Positions 1-10,356 of a stretch of 64,000 nt of DNA are shown piece by piece. The first letter of the stretch is position 1. Each line of letters starts with the position of its first letter. The translations under genes were made by a program, and so were the position numbers. The notes beneath the pieces are model-generated. The model worked only from the letters and a program-made list of their open reading frames with translations, had not been told where the DNA came from and searched no databases. Source of the DNA: Chloroflexota bacterium (GTDB lineage: Bacteria; Chloroflexota; Dehalococcoidia; Lucifugimonadales; JADFKI01); the NCBI GenBank assembly GCA_027623195.1, contig JAQBUT010000003.1:95066-159065 (forward strand), read 5' to 3'.

Positions 1-965
1 TCAGGACTGATGACAGGGCCGCACCAGATGCCCGCAGGAGCCAGCGCGTGGAAGGCCTCGTACTTGGTGCGCTGCGAGGACCAGTCTGTCATGATCTTCG
101 TGACCTCGTCGGCGTGGGCAGCGCGGGCCTCGTCGGTGGCGTAGCGCTCATCGCCGAGCAGGTCCTCGCGGCCGATCAGAGCCACAATCGTCTCCCAGGC
201 CTGACCGCGTAGGTGAATCATCACGTAGTCGTCGGAGCCGCCGGGCGCGCACTGGAATACGTTGGGTATGCCGCTCCATCCTAGATGCCCCGGTCGGACA
301 TTCGGCTCGTTGGAGTTCAGGCTGCGAATCAGACGAATGCGCATGAGGTTGACCAGCCCGTCCTGCATGGCCACCTCGACGTGCTGGCCCTGGCCGGTCT
401 GGTCGCGCTGTCGAAGCGCCGCAAGAATGCCAATGGCCATGTGCAGTCCCGTGCCGGAGTCGCCGCCTCCGATAGACGCCGAAAGCGGAGGACCGTCCGG
501 GTAGCCATTGGACGCCATAAAACCGCTGGTGGCCTGTGCTGCCGTCTCAAAGCTTTTGTATTCGCTGTAAGGTCCGTACTCGCCGAAGCCCTTGATGCTG
601 GCGTGTATCACCATGGAGTTGAGCTCTTTCAGGACAGGGTAGCCCAGGCCCAACCTCTCCATAACGCCCTTCGAATAATTTTCCAGCACTATGTCGGCCC
701 AGGGCACCAGCCGCTTGAACAGTTCCTTGCCCTTCTCTGTTTTGAGGTTCAGGGTAATAGCGCGTTTGTTGTTGTTGAAGATGGTGAAGTAGACGCTGTC
801 CACACCCTCCTGATGGGCCATGTCCCAGCGGGTGCGGTCGCCACCGTCGGTGTCCTCGACCTTAATGACGTCTGCGCCAAGAAAGGCAAGCAACTGCGCG
901 CACGACGGTCCAGCCTGCACCCTGCTCATGTCCAGAATCTTTACGCCTGCCAACGCCTTGTCCAT
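1..965 (-). CDS. CoA-transferase family III (CaiB/BaiF, formyl-CoA transferase-like); 3' end runs off the window
   Basis: Not in ORF track. Manual translation from ATG at 965 (AGGAG upstream): MDKALAGVKILDMSRVQAGPSCAQLLAFLGADVIKVE...FNNNKRAITLNLK...ADIVLENY, typical family III motifs. Confidence 0.92.
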   Translation of the reverse strand, partial: MDKALAGVKILDMSRVQAGPSCAQLLAFLGADVIKVEDTDGGDRTRWDMAHQEGVDSVYFTIFNNNKRAITLNLKTEKGKELFKRLVPWADIVLENYSKGVMERLGLGYPVLKELNSMVIHASIKGFGEYGPYSEYKSFETAAQATSGFMASNGYPDGPPLSASIGGGDSGTGLHMAIGILAALRQRDQTGQGQHVEVAMQDGLVNLMRIRLIRSLNSNEPNVRPGHLGWSGIPNVFQCAPGGSDDYVMIHLRGQAWETIVALIGREDLLGDERYATDEARAAHADEVTKIMTDWSSQRTKYEAFHALAPAGIWCGPVISP

Positions 966-1085
966 GAAGACTCCTTATCTCTAATGACGGTGCCGGTCGC
1001 GTCTCTTATCACGACCTACGATTCACGAGGGGGGCGATTAACGAAATAACTTCGAAGACGCCCTGAAGTTGCCGGGATTATAGCA

Positions 1086-2042
1086 CTACGTCCCCAGTTG
1101 CGAACCGATGAAGTCTTTGTAGCCCTGCGCGAAGTCCAACGCGGTGGCAGGACGCCTGCCCTCCATCTGCAGCGAGCGCAACTCGAGCACACCGCTGCCG
1201 GTGGTCACGCCAACGCCGCCATCCAGGGCTACGACGGCGCCAGCAGACGCAGACGCTACTTCGGACGACTCTATGGCTTCGATGATTTTTACCGTCTTGC
1301 CCTGCCAGATCGTATGCGTGCCAGGCCAGGGGCAGTACGCGCGAATTCTTCTGGCTATGTATTCTGCAGAGTCGGACCAGTCTACGAGGCCGTCTTCTCT
1401 GGATAGGCGGCTGGTTACTGTGACCTGTGTTTCGTCTTGTGGCTTTGGTTGGATTTTGCCATTAGCCCAGGCAGGTAACACCTCGACCAGCAGGTCTCCC
1501 CCCATGCGGAACAGACGCTCGGTCAGCACGTCGCAGGTCTCGCCGGGTTTAATCAGCGTGGTTCGCTGCGCCACGATGGGGCCGGAGTCCATGCCCTCGT
1601 CCAGTTGTATCAGCGTTACTCCGGTCTCAATATCGCCGTTGAGAATGGCAGTGGATACTGGAGATGGGCCACGGTACTTGGGCAGCAGTGAAGGGTGTAC
1701 GTTCAGCGTCTTGAGCCGCGGCAGGCTGAAGGTTTCGACAGGGAGGAATAGTCCATAGGCAGCCACGACGATGAGGTCTGCCTTCAGGCTCGCCAACTCT
1801 TCCTGCGCTGCCTCGTCGCGTCGAAGAGAGGCAGGTTGGAACATCGGCAGGCCTAGTTCCAGCGCGGCCTCCTTAACCGGCGTAGGGTGAACGCGCTTAC
1901 CCCGGCCGGATTGGCGGTCGGGCTGGCTGTAGACGCCAACTAGTTCGTGCCCCTTGTCGACTAAAGCCGTTAGCACCGGCACTGCGATTTCCGGCGTGCC
2001 CATGAAGATTATTCTTAGATTTTCCACTTCGATCGTCATCAT
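1086..2042 (-). CDS. fmt: Methionyl-tRNA formyltransferase
   Basis: IIFMGTPE, QPDR-GRG, NVHPSLLPKYRGPSP, MDSGPI motifs; start moved to ATG 2042 just past the upstream gene's stop. Confidence 0.95.
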   Translation of the reverse strand: MMTIEVENLRIIFMGTPEIAVPVLTALVDKGHELVGVYSQPDRQSGRGKRVHPTPVKEAALELGLPMFQPASLRRDEAAQEELASLKADLIVVAAYGLFLPVETFSLPRLKTLNVHPSLLPKYRGPSPVSTAILNGDIETGVTLIQLDEGMDSGPIVAQRTTLIKPGETCDVLTERLFRMGGDLLVEVLPAWANGKIQPKPQDETQVTVTSRLSREDGLVDWSDSAEYIARRIRAYCPWPGTHTIWQGKTVKIIEAIESSEVASASAGAVVALDGGVGVTTGSGVLELRSLQMEGRRPATALDFAQGYKDFIGSQLGT

Positions 2043-2046
2043 TCGC

Positions 2047-2745
2047 TCAACAGCGCGCCCCTTCGACATCGATGACATTGAAACGCACCTTGTCTCCGAT
2101 TGCCAGCCCCATTGCTTTAGCTTCGCCTCCGTTTATCTCGAAGTTGAATGCTGCGGGTTGGTTGGAGGCATACAGGGGCAAAGGTGAGGTCGGGGAATCT
2201 GGATTGGGCACATTCTCCGTGACGTCCACCACTGTGCAGTCCGCGCCTATCCAGACGAAGTCCAGAGGGAACCTCATCTCCTTCATCCAGAAGTTGGAGG
2301 CCTTGCCGCTCTCGAATATGAACAGCATCCCCGTGTGAGCCGGAAGGTTCGGTCTGAAAGACAGCCCCATAGTGCGCAAAGCAGGAGTGTTGGCAATCTC
2401 CGCACCGAACCTCACGTCCCCAATGACGACCGAGGGGCTTTCCTGCAATGCCGTATGAGTCTGCGTTGGGGCAGGTGGGGGCGCGGCAGTTGCCATCGGG
2501 ATTGGGCTAGGCGATGAGGTCGGCGCGGTAGTAGCGGTCGCAATAGGTGTGCTGGTTGGCGTCGGGGTTCTGGCCGGTGCATTGGGGGGGGCTGTTTGCT
2601 GAATGGCTATCTCTGTTGTCGGTGGCGTGGCCTTGGGCGTTGAGCCCTGGCAGGCCACGAGCGCCAGACTGGCCACAGCCAAAATCACTGCTATCCAGGG
2701 CTTCCAAGCTACCCAAGAATTCAAAGAGATCAAAGAAATTCTCAT
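2047..2745 (-). CDS. DUF192-domain lipoprotein with Pro/Thr-rich linker
   Basis: Lipobox LVAC, PT-rich linker, GLSFR..L....GMLFIF....FWMKEMRFPLD motif. Confidence 0.85.
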   Translation of the reverse strand: MRISLISLNSWVAWKPWIAVILAVASLALVACQGSTPKATPPTTEIAIQQTAPPNAPARTPTPTSTPIATATTAPTSSPSPIPMATAAPPPAPTQTHTALQESPSVVIGDVRFGAEIANTPALRTMGLSFRPNLPAHTGMLFIFESGKASNFWMKEMRFPLDFVWIGADCTVVDVTENVPNPDSPTSPLPLYASNQPAAFNFEINGGEAKAMGLAIGDKVRFNVIDVEGARC

Positions 2746-4319
2746 TTAGAACGGTTCAGGGGCAGCGAATAGCCCTTGGCAATTTCTGCATAGGCTTTGA
2801 CCTGTGCGTCAGTCCACTGCTGATCTTTGCCCAACTCCCGCGCCATAATCTCAGCCACAACTGGGGCGGCCTCCGCGCTGGCTCTGGCATCCAGTAGAAG
2901 CGCGCGGGTGCGCCGGGAAAGCACGTCCTCCAGGGTTATCGCCATCTCGTTGCGAACAGCGTGGACGATGTGGCTTTTTCGGTAGGGCAGGTTGGGGTGA
3001 AGAGGTTCCCTAAGGTCTGGCGACTCATCCTCTAGGTGTCGAAGCATCTCTGCGTCGAAGCCGTAGTCCGGTTCCACTGTAGTATCTTCCGATGACTGAT
3101 GGCCTGCCAGCTTGAGGTCGCCTGTGACGCATTGGTGTTGAGCCAAACTCCCGACAACCGCTGCCTGGTTAACGGCGTCCTCCGCCATCTGCCGATACGT
3201 GGTCCACTTACCTCCCGCCACAGTCACAAGCCCTTCTTTTGAGGTAAACACGGCGTGGCTGCGGGAAAGCGAAGACGTCTTTGTATTAGAAGAACCTGTT
3301 AGCAGTGGACGAATCCCCGCGAAGACGCTTTTGACGTCGTCATTCGCTGGTATCTCCACCAGGTATTCCTTCAGATGTGACAGAAGAAAATCCACCTCAT
3401 CGGACTTCGGCCTCGGACATTTCTGAGGTCCGGAGACGGGGATGTCTGTTGTGCCCACCAGCACCCTTCCGTGCCAGGGAATGGCGAACAGCACTCGCCC
3501 GTCCTTCGTGGATGGTATCACCAGCGCGCTCTGGCCGGGGAGCAGTCTTCTGTCCAACACCATATGAGAACCCTGACTGTAGGTCAGGGTCGGCCTGGTT
3601 TCGCCGCCTTGCATGGCGCTGACCTCGTCGATGAAGATGCCGGTGGCGTTGACGACGACCTTGCCTTTTAAGGGAAACGCCTCTCCGGAAAGCTGGTCGA
3701 CGGCCTGAACGCCTGTTATGCGGCCCGCGTTCTTCAGCAGGCCAGCAACCCTTACGTGATTAATGACCACAGCGCGGTTGTCTGCGGCAGATTGCGCCAG
3801 GCAGATTGCCATTCGGGCGTCGTCGAACTGGCCGTCGAAGTACTCAAGTCCGCCGAAGAGGTTTTCTCCATTTAGCGTAGGTAGGGCATTAATTGTGGCA
3901 TCCCGGCTTAACATTTTGGAGCGACCAAAGTCTTTAGCGCCCCCGAGCAAGTCGTACATCTTCAGCCCGGTTCCGTAGTACAGCTTTGAAAACCGTCCGC
4001 CAACGGGAATCACGAAGGAACGCTTATGCACAAGATGGGGGGCGTTTCGCAACATTCGGTTGCGCTCCCGCAAAGCCTCCCGCACTAGCGAAATGTTTCG
4101 CTGGGCCAGGTACCGTATGCCGCCATGGGCTAGCTTGGTGCTGCGGCTGGAGGTCCCGCTGGCGAAGTCATCGCGCTCCAGCAAAATTGTGCGGTAGCCT
4201 CGGGTAGCCGCGTCCAGCGCCGTCCCGAGTCCCGTAGCCCCGCCGCCTATCACAATCACGTCCCAGGTATTTTCGATATCTTTGGCCTGGGCTACGAACC
4301 GTTCACGATTTAGCTCGAT
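2742..4319 (-). CDS. glpD: FAD-dependent glycerol-3-phosphate dehydrogenase; probable non-AUG start at 4319
   Basis: WDVIVIGGGATG, DFASGTSSRSTKLAHGGIRYL, GGKWTTYRQMAE, DVLSRRTR motifs; frame is open 60 nt upstream of the track start. Confidence 0.92.
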   Translation of the reverse strand: MELNRERFVAQAKDIENTWDVIVIGGGATGLGTALDAATRGYRTILLERDDFASGTSSRSTKLAHGGIRYLAQRNISLVREALRERNRMLRNAPHLVHKRSFVIPVGGRFSKLYYGTGLKMYDLLGGAKDFGRSKMLSRDATINALPTLNGENLFGGLEYFDGQFDDARMAICLAQSAADNRAVVINHVRVAGLLKNAGRITGVQAVDQLSGEAFPLKGKVVVNATGIFIDEVSAMQGGETRPTLTYSQGSHMVLDRRLLPGQSALVIPSTKDGRVLFAIPWHGRVLVGTTDIPVSGPQKCPRPKSDEVDFLLSHLKEYLVEIPANDDVKSVFAGIRPLLTGSSNTKTSSLSRSHAVFTSKEGLVTVAGGKWTTYRQMAEDAVNQAAVVGSLAQHQCVTGDLKLAGHQSSEDTTVEPDYGFDAEMLRHLEDESPDLREPLHPNLPYRKSHIVHAVRNEMAITLEDVLSRRTRALLLDARASAEAAPVVAEIMARELGKDQQWTDAQVKAYAEIAKGYSLPLNRSK

Positions 4320-4500
4320 GGTCTAGTTTCCTTTTGAATTAAATGATATTGCGGAATTGTTTGCCAAGTCCCAACCTTGTTGAGGACGCTCGAAAAATCG
4401 ACGCTTACCACCAACGTCGGCCATAAATTATCGTAGGTCGCGTTGTCTTCCGCAAGGAAATTTTTCTGCCTGTCAGGGTTGCGTAGGTAGAAGGAAAGGC

Positions 4501-7008
4501 CTAGGCCAACTCCACAAGCGTAGCGCCGTTGCCACCGCGTTCACGGGCCTCGGCCTCGAACGAGCGGGCCAACGGTTGACGTGCAAGATGATCGCGAACC
4601 GCCTGCCGGAGCGCGCCGGTTCCCTTGCCGTGTATGATGCGCACGGAGCTAAATCCGTCGCGCACTGCCTTATCCAGAAAGTCCTCTACGCGGATGATAG
4701 CCTCGTCGGAGCGGAGCCCTCTCAGGTCCAACTCAGACGTTTCCAGCATTGGGCCAAAGTTTGTGGTCACGCCAGGTTCGAGGGGCCTGGGCTGATAATT
4801 CGGCTGGTCCACCGGCGTCAGCCTGCTGGCGTCCACCTGTATTCGCACCTTTCCGATGATTACCTGAGCCTCGCCGCCTTTTTCAGGCAGCGAGCCAATG
4901 GCACCGACCAGGTTGAGGCCGCGAATATGGACCTGGTCGCCCACAGCCATAGCCCTGGCCTCTAGAGGTCGATACTGTGTCGCCCCCACCAGAACCGGCT
5001 TCTGCTCATCTAGTTCCTGTCGGATCCTCGCAACTTCCTGGGCGGTTGTAGTGGGAGCCCCTCGGGGAGCGCTCCACGATAAAGCAGTTTCGGCGCGGCG
5101 CAATTTCCGGCGGACCTCCTCATACTGGGCCAGGAGCTGCCTTCGAATGCTGTCCATGATGTCTTCGCGGTGGTTTACCAGGTAGTCTACCTGCTCCCGA
5201 AGTTGCTGCCTGAGCTGTTGAATCTCAGCCCGCGTCTGCTCCGTCTCCACCATACGGGTCTGTAGTTGCTCGCGGTCCCGCTGAAGCTCGTTAAGCCAGT
5301 CCTCGAATCGCAGGTGCTGAGGCTCCATTAGGGACCTGGCATTTTCCATTATGTCTTCGGGGAGTCCCAGGCTTGCTGCCACTGCCATGGCGTAGCTGCG
5401 GCCGGGTATGCCCATAGTCAGGTGGTAGGTAGGCGATAATGTCGTGGGGTTCAACTGCACGCTGGCATTCATCATGCTGTCGTTAGCCTCCGCGAATGTG
5501 GCTACGCTACGATGATGAGTGGTCACGATGGTTGATATGCGCTGGTCCGCTAGCCGTTCCAGAATGGCCTTGGCCAACGCCGAACCCTCCTCCGGGTCCG
5601 TGCTGGTTCCTAGCTCATCCAATAGCACCAGTGAATTAGGTGTCGCCTCCTCCAGGATGTCCACTACATTGCGCATGTGGGAGCTAAAGGTCGACACCGA
5701 CTGCTCGATGCTTTGCTGGTCGCCAACGTCGGCGAAAACGCCATCGAATATGGGCAGCGAGGTGCCATCGTCCGCCGGCACCTGTAAGCCTGACTGGTGC
5801 ATCAGCGTTAGCAAGCCCACAGTCTTCATGGCCACGGTCTTGCCGCCAGTGTTGGGTCCTGTAACCACCAGCACCGACCAGTCCGGCCCTATGCTAATAG
5901 TTATGGGTGTAGCGTCACGGCCTAAAAGAGGATGCCGCGCGTTAATCAGGCGGTGCTCTGCAACGGCCTCTTCACGTCTTCCGGCGTCTGCGGTACGTAT
6001 TGGAATAGCCGCCACTGCTCTCATGGCATAGCCGTAACGCGCTCTGGCCAGAATAAAGTCCAATCGCGCCGTGGTCTCGTTGCCGCGACGTATGTCCGGC
6101 GCGGTCTCCCCAATCAGCGTCGACAGGTCACGCAACACCCGCAGCACCTCGCGTTGCTCCTCGAAGCCTAATTCACGCCAGTTGTTGCCCATGTCTACCG
6201 TGGTGAAGGGCTCCACGAAAAGCGTAGCGCCGGTGTTGGAGGCGTCGTGAACGATGCCGGGCAACCGGCTTCGCATCTCGGACTTTACCTGCACCACCAG
6301 TCTGTCGTTGCGAACGGATATGACGTTGTCCTGGAGCACGTCTACACCGGAGGGGGACTGGATGATGTCAGTCAACGCGGCCGTAACTCGTTCGTATGCC
6401 TGGCGAATCTGGCTCCGAAGCGCTCGGAGGTTGTGCGTTGCGTCGTCGACGACCTCGCCACGGTTGCCTATGCGTGTCCTAATCTGCCGGCTCAACTCTT
6501 GCAGGTCTGGGATGCCTTCGGCCATTTCGCGCAGCGTCGGGGCGTGATTGCCCACCCGCATAACGCCCGATCTGGCTCGACGCTGAATTTCCAGCGCCTC
6601 GGCTACGTTCAGCAGTTCTTGTCCCGTTAGCACGCCGCCCAACGACGCTCGCGCAACGGAAGTAGAGATGTCCAAAGTGGTGTGAAGGTTAACGTCGCCG
6701 CCTTCGTCCAGCAGCGCCCGGCCTTCCGCCGTTTCGCGCTGCATGTCGGCGACCTCGTCGGCGGCATAGGACGGGAACATCCGCAAGACGAGGTTACGCG
6801 CGGGGAAGAAGGTCACGTGCTCGGCCAGCCGTTCCCGAATTACGTTGTATTCCAGAAGCTCGAGGCTCTTGGCAATTGTGCCGTGAGGTTGCTCGGAATC
6901 AGCTTTCAGGAGTTGCTGTAGCTCCTCGACCGGAACGGCCTCCACGGCCAAACCGTCAGCCTCGTAATAGGGGGGCTCGTTAAGTTCTTCTCTGTAGCGG
7001 GAATCCAT
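4501..7008 (-). CDS. mutS2: Endonuclease MutS2 (ABC ATPase plus C-terminal Smr domain)
   Basis: TGPNTGGKT Walker A, STFSSHM, LLDELGTSTDP, Smr domain LDLRG...IIHGKGTGALR. Confidence 0.95.
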   Translation of the reverse strand: MDSRYREELNEPPYYEADGLAVEAVPVEELQQLLKADSEQPHGTIAKSLELLEYNVIRERLAEHVTFFPARNLVLRMFPSYAADEVADMQRETAEGRALLDEGGDVNLHTTLDISTSVARASLGGVLTGQELLNVAEALEIQRRARSGVMRVGNHAPTLREMAEGIPDLQELSRQIRTRIGNRGEVVDDATHNLRALRSQIRQAYERVTAALTDIIQSPSGVDVLQDNVISVRNDRLVVQVKSEMRSRLPGIVHDASNTGATLFVEPFTTVDMGNNWRELGFEEQREVLRVLRDLSTLIGETAPDIRRGNETTARLDFILARARYGYAMRAVAAIPIRTADAGRREEAVAEHRLINARHPLLGRDATPITISIGPDWSVLVVTGPNTGGKTVAMKTVGLLTLMHQSGLQVPADDGTSLPIFDGVFADVGDQQSIEQSVSTFSSHMRNVVDILEEATPNSLVLLDELGTSTDPEEGSALAKAILERLADQRISTIVTTHHRSVATFAEANDSMMNASVQLNPTTLSPTYHLTMGIPGRSYAMAVAASLGLPEDIMENARSLMEPQHLRFEDWLNELQRDREQLQTRMVETEQTRAEIQQLRQQLREQVDYLVNHREDIMDSIRRQLLAQYEEVRRKLRRAETALSWSAPRGAPTTTAQEVARIRQELDEQKPVLVGATQYRPLEARAMAVGDQVHIRGLNLVGAIGSLPEKGGEAQVIIGKVRIQVDASRLTPVDQPNYQPRPLEPGVTTNFGPMLETSELDLRGLRSDEAIIRVEDFLDKAVRDGFSSVRIIHGKGTGALRQAVRDHLARQPLARSFEAEARERGGNGATLVELA

Positions 7009-7161
7009 GTCGTAATTCTACCAGACGTCGTAATGGCCTAAAATGCGTTGTCACCGCACCTAGGCGGCTGATTGACGTAAAGAAGCTTTGTTTATAGAAT
7101 AAGTTAACAAATACACGATTACTCTGAAACGCGAGTTCCTCTTTTACAAGGAGCGATCCAT

Positions 7162-7512
7162 ATGGCAACCACAAGACCAGCCCCGTTGACAATCTCTATA
7201 ACACAAGAAGCTGCGGAACATGTGCGGACTTTTACCAGGGACGCAGGCAAGCCCGACACCAACCTGCGTGTAGCAGTAAAGGGCGGCGGGTGTTCTGGCC
7301 TGACCTACGACCTGGAGATGGTCGACGGCCCAGGCGAAAACGATAAGGTCATCAGCGAGCACGGCGTAGAGCTTTATATAGACAAGAAGTCCTACGTGTT
7401 CCTGGCTGGAACCGTGCTAGATTACTCTGGCGGCTTGAACGGCAAAGGCTTCGTTTTCAACAATCCCAATGCCAAAACAACATGCGGCTGTGGGACGTCT
7501 TTTAGCGTATAG
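7162..7512 (+). CDS. iscA: A-type Fe-S carrier (IscA/SufA/HesB)
   Basis: GGGCSGL and NPNA..TCGCGTSF motifs; AGGAG RBS. Confidence 0.93.
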   Translation: MATTRPAPLTISITQEAAEHVRTFTRDAGKPDTNLRVAVKGGGCSGLTYDLEMVDGPGENDKVISEHGVELYIDKKSYVFLAGTVLDYSGGLNGKGFVFNNPNAKTTCGCGTSFSV

Positions 7513-7563
7513 CTGCAACCGCCGTTGTGGCTGGTGTACCGATATCTATTGAATAAGCTATTG

Positions 7564-7595
7564 CAGCCGCTCCCACCGGAGCGGCTGTTTCCTTT
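7564..7595 (+). terminator. Intrinsic terminator-like hairpin between iscA and ygfZ
   Basis: CAGCCGCTCC-cacc-GGAGCGGCTG followed by TTTCCTTT. Confidence 0.65.
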
Positions 7596-7610
7596 AGGAG
7601 AGCGCTGAAT

Positions 7611-8681
7611 ATGCTGGAAAGTCCAGTCTTGGAGGCCCGCAGACATGCAGGGGCTACCTTGGGTGAGGCGTTTGGCTGGAACCTGCCCAAAGCCTATTCC
7701 TCTGCGGCAAGCGAATATGCCGCCGTAACCCTGGGGGCCGCAATAGCTGATCGTTCCCACATCGGTCGCCTTCGAATTAACGGCAACGATGCTATTGACC
7801 TGCTGGACCGCCTCTCTACGAACCGTTTAGTGGACCTGGAAGAGGGCCGTGTCATGGGAACTGTCCTCACCAACAACAAGGGCCGGATTATCGACCTGGT
7901 TTTGTTGCTGCGCCGCGCCGACCACCTGTTGGCGTTCACAGGGCCTGAGACGCGGCAGCGCGTGGCCGAGTGGATCGACTTTTACACCTTCTCAGAGGAC
8001 GTGTCCGTGGTGGATGAGACTGAAAGCACTGCCATGCTGTCCCTTTTGGGCCCTAACGCGGCAAATGCTGTTGAAGGGCTGGCTGATTTAGATCTGTACC
8101 AGTCTATGGAACTGGAAATAGGCGGCGTGAGGGCCACGGTGGTACGGACAGACTTCGCTGGGCTGCCGGGTTACGACTTCGTGGTATCGTCCGCAGGCGG
8201 CGACGCGGTCTGGACGGCCCTTGTCGGCGAAGGCGCAGAGCCAGTGGGCACATCTGTGCTGGACCTGGTTCGCATCCAGAATGGCGTGCCGTCTTACGGC
8301 GCGGAGCTAATTGAAGACTACAATCCTCTGGAGGCAGGGCTGAAGGGCTTTATCAGCTTTAACAAGGGATGCTACATAGGCCAGGAGGTCGTAGCAAGGC
8401 TGGACACCTACGATAAGGTGCAAAGACACCTTGTCAGTCTATCCTGGAGCGGCGGGGCGGAGGTGGCCGTTGGAGCCCCTCTGTATGCCGATGGCAAGGA
8501 AGTGGGCACTGTGACCTCGCTATCGACGGATGCACTGGTAGAAGGCGCATGCACGGGTCTCGGTTTCGTCAGAAAGGCGCTGGTTTCGGATGGAATTACT
8601 CTAAAATCTGATAGTGGAGTTGAAATCCAGGTCCGAGTTCTGTCTGACGTGCAGACCACTGCCGTGATTTCGAAAGAATAA
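7611..8681 (+). CDS. ygfZ: Folate-binding YgfZ/GcvT-family protein (Fe-S maturation)
   Basis: Signature KGCYIGQEVVAR; GcvT-like N-terminus. Confidence 0.85.
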   Translation: MLESPVLEARRHAGATLGEAFGWNLPKAYSSAASEYAAVTLGAAIADRSHIGRLRINGNDAIDLLDRLSTNRLVDLEEGRVMGTVLTNNKGRIIDLVLLLRRADHLLAFTGPETRQRVAEWIDFYTFSEDVSVVDETESTAMLSLLGPNAANAVEGLADLDLYQSMELEIGGVRATVVRTDFAGLPGYDFVVSSAGGDAVWTALVGEGAEPVGTSVLDLVRIQNGVPSYGAELIEDYNPLEAGLKGFISFNKGCYIGQEVVARLDTYDKVQRHLVSLSWSGGAEVAVGAPLYADGKEVGTVTSLSTDALVEGACTGLGFVRKALVSDGITLKSDSGVEIQVRVLSDVQTTAVISKE

Positions 8682-9256
8682 TGCACTACGTTTTCGATGT
8701 CGATGGAGTTCTTCTAAAGCCCTGGGTCTGGAGAGACCACCTGATAATGGAGTACGGTCTCCTGCCGGAACAGACTCAAGAGTTCTTCAATGGGCCTTTC
8801 CTGGACTGTATTGTGGGTAAGGCGGATCTTTACCAGGTGCTTGAGCCGTTTCTCATAGGTTGGGGTTTCTCCTTGTCCACAAAGGAGTTCGTGGACCTCT
8901 GGTTAGAGACTGACTCTGAGGTAATCGAGTCCACATTTAATTTCATCGAGGAGATTTCTGCCGGGGCCGATAGCCTCTCCATCGCCACTAACCAGGAGGC
9001 TTACAGAAGCAGGCACCTGTGGGAGAATGTGGGCCTCAAGGATATTTTTCAGCAGGCCTTCGTATCGTCTGATTTTGGTGTGAAGAAGCCTGTGCCGTCC
9101 TATTTCGAGAAGGTCCATGCTGCTCTCGGCGCGGAGCCGGACCAGATCGTGTTCATCGACGATAGCCAGAGGAACGTCGCGGCCGCCACTGCCATGGGAT
9201 GGCGTGCAATACATTACCAGGACGAATCCTCCCTGGGCAAAATACCCCGGCCCTAG
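8681..9256 (+). CDS. HAD-superfamily hydrolase (subfamily IA)
   Basis: FDVDGVL, ATNQ, KP, FIDDS motifs; TAATG overlap with ygfZ. Confidence 0.9.
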   Translation: MHYVFDVDGVLLKPWVWRDHLIMEYGLLPEQTQEFFNGPFLDCIVGKADLYQVLEPFLIGWGFSLSTKEFVDLWLETDSEVIESTFNFIEEISAGADSLSIATNQEAYRSRHLWENVGLKDIFQQAFVSSDFGVKKPVPSYFEKVHAALGAEPDQIVFIDDSQRNVAAATAMGWRAIHYQDESSLGKIPRP

Positions 9257-9272
9257 CCTCTCTGAGCGTACT

Positions 9273-10025
9273 TTAGGCCAATAGCGCGCTGCCGCCGTCC
9301 ACCACCAGCACCTGTCCCCGAATCATGGCCGCGTCCTCGGTGCAGAGGAAGGCCACCACCTTGGCGATATCCTCTGAGGTCACCATACGTCCCACGGGCG
9401 TCTTTTTGCCTGACTCCAACATTTCCTCGCGGTTTGGGAAGTGGTCCAACGCCCCCGTTTCCACGTAGCCGCCAGACACAGCGTTCACGGATATCCCTAT
9501 TGGCGCTAGCTCCACGGCCAAGTAGCGAGTCAGGGCCTCCAGCGCCGCCTTAGACGTGCCCACCGAGAGATAGAACGGCAATACCCTCTGGGAACCCTGG
9601 GACGTGATGTTGACGATGCTTCCGCCGCTCTTCATTAGGCGTGACGCCGCCACGGCGCATAGCCACGGGGCCTTGGCGTTGATGTTCATCGCCCAGTCCC
9701 AATGCTTCTCTTCAAGCTCAGAGGCTGATCTCTGGACGCCGGACGCCGCATTGTTGACCAGGATATCCAGCCTGCCGAACTCGCTCTCTACCTGCGAAAA
9801 GAGCTCCTGTACCTTTTCGGAGTCTCCCAGATGCGCGCGTAATCGCAGGCAACGTACCCCCAGAGCCTCTATTTCCTGCTGGGTTTGCGCTGCCGACTCG
9901 TGGCTGCGGAGGTAATTGAAGGCGATGTCTGCGCCTCGCTCTGCGAACTCTAGCGCGATCGCCTTGCCTATACCCCGGGAACCGCCGGTTATGAGGGCCA
10001 CCTTTCCCTTAAATGAATCTCCCAA
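9273..10025 (-). CDS. SDR, FabL-like enoyl-ACP reductase
   Basis: TGGSRGIG, NNAASG, YxxVGxSKAALEALTRYLAVELAP pattern typical of FabL; TTG start. Confidence 0.8.
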   Translation of the reverse strand: MGDSFKGKVALITGGSRGIGKAIALEFAERGADIAFNYLRSHESAAQTQQEIEALGVRCLRLRAHLGDSEKVQELFSQVESEFGRLDILVNNAASGVQRSASELEEKHWDWAMNINAKAPWLCAVAASRLMKSGGSIVNITSQGSQRVLPFYLSVGTSKAALEALTRYLAVELAPIGISVNAVSGGYVETGALDHFPNREEMLESGKKTPVGRMVTSEDIAKVVAFLCTEDAAMIRGQVLVVDGGSALLA

Positions 10026-10356
10026 TCTCGGACCTTTCTATTCTTAAGTGGAACGTGTTTGGGGCAAATCATTCCCCATATAGGTGGATACCATAGTGAG
10101 AACGTGGATGCAAGCACGTGTCGAGCCATCATAGGTCGGGGTGATGACCATTGGTTGCCTATACCGTGCCGTGAATTCTCCTGCGTGTCGCCCATACCCA
10201 CTACGTACCCTAGGTAGCCCCTAGGACGGACCATGCAAACACTGTGAAAATGGGTTGCACACCTAACACAAACCAGCAAACCTTTCACAAACGTCGAGGC
10301 CGTATCGGAGGGGTATGGCCTAGTCATAGGATGAAGATCAGGAGGCAACAACTTAG

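Noticed and set aside
285..1049. 254-aa plus-strand ORF
   Set aside because: Antisense shadow of the CoA-transferase, which the track missed because it runs off the window
7162..7512. HesB-like selenoprotein
   Set aside because: All three conserved positions are Cys codons; no in-frame UGA
10030..10350. Possible c-di-GMP riboswitch (GCAAAC...GAAA segments, hairpin near 10298-10320)
   Set aside because: The conserved GACGCAAAG junction and second stem cannot be built; an Rfam scan would settle it
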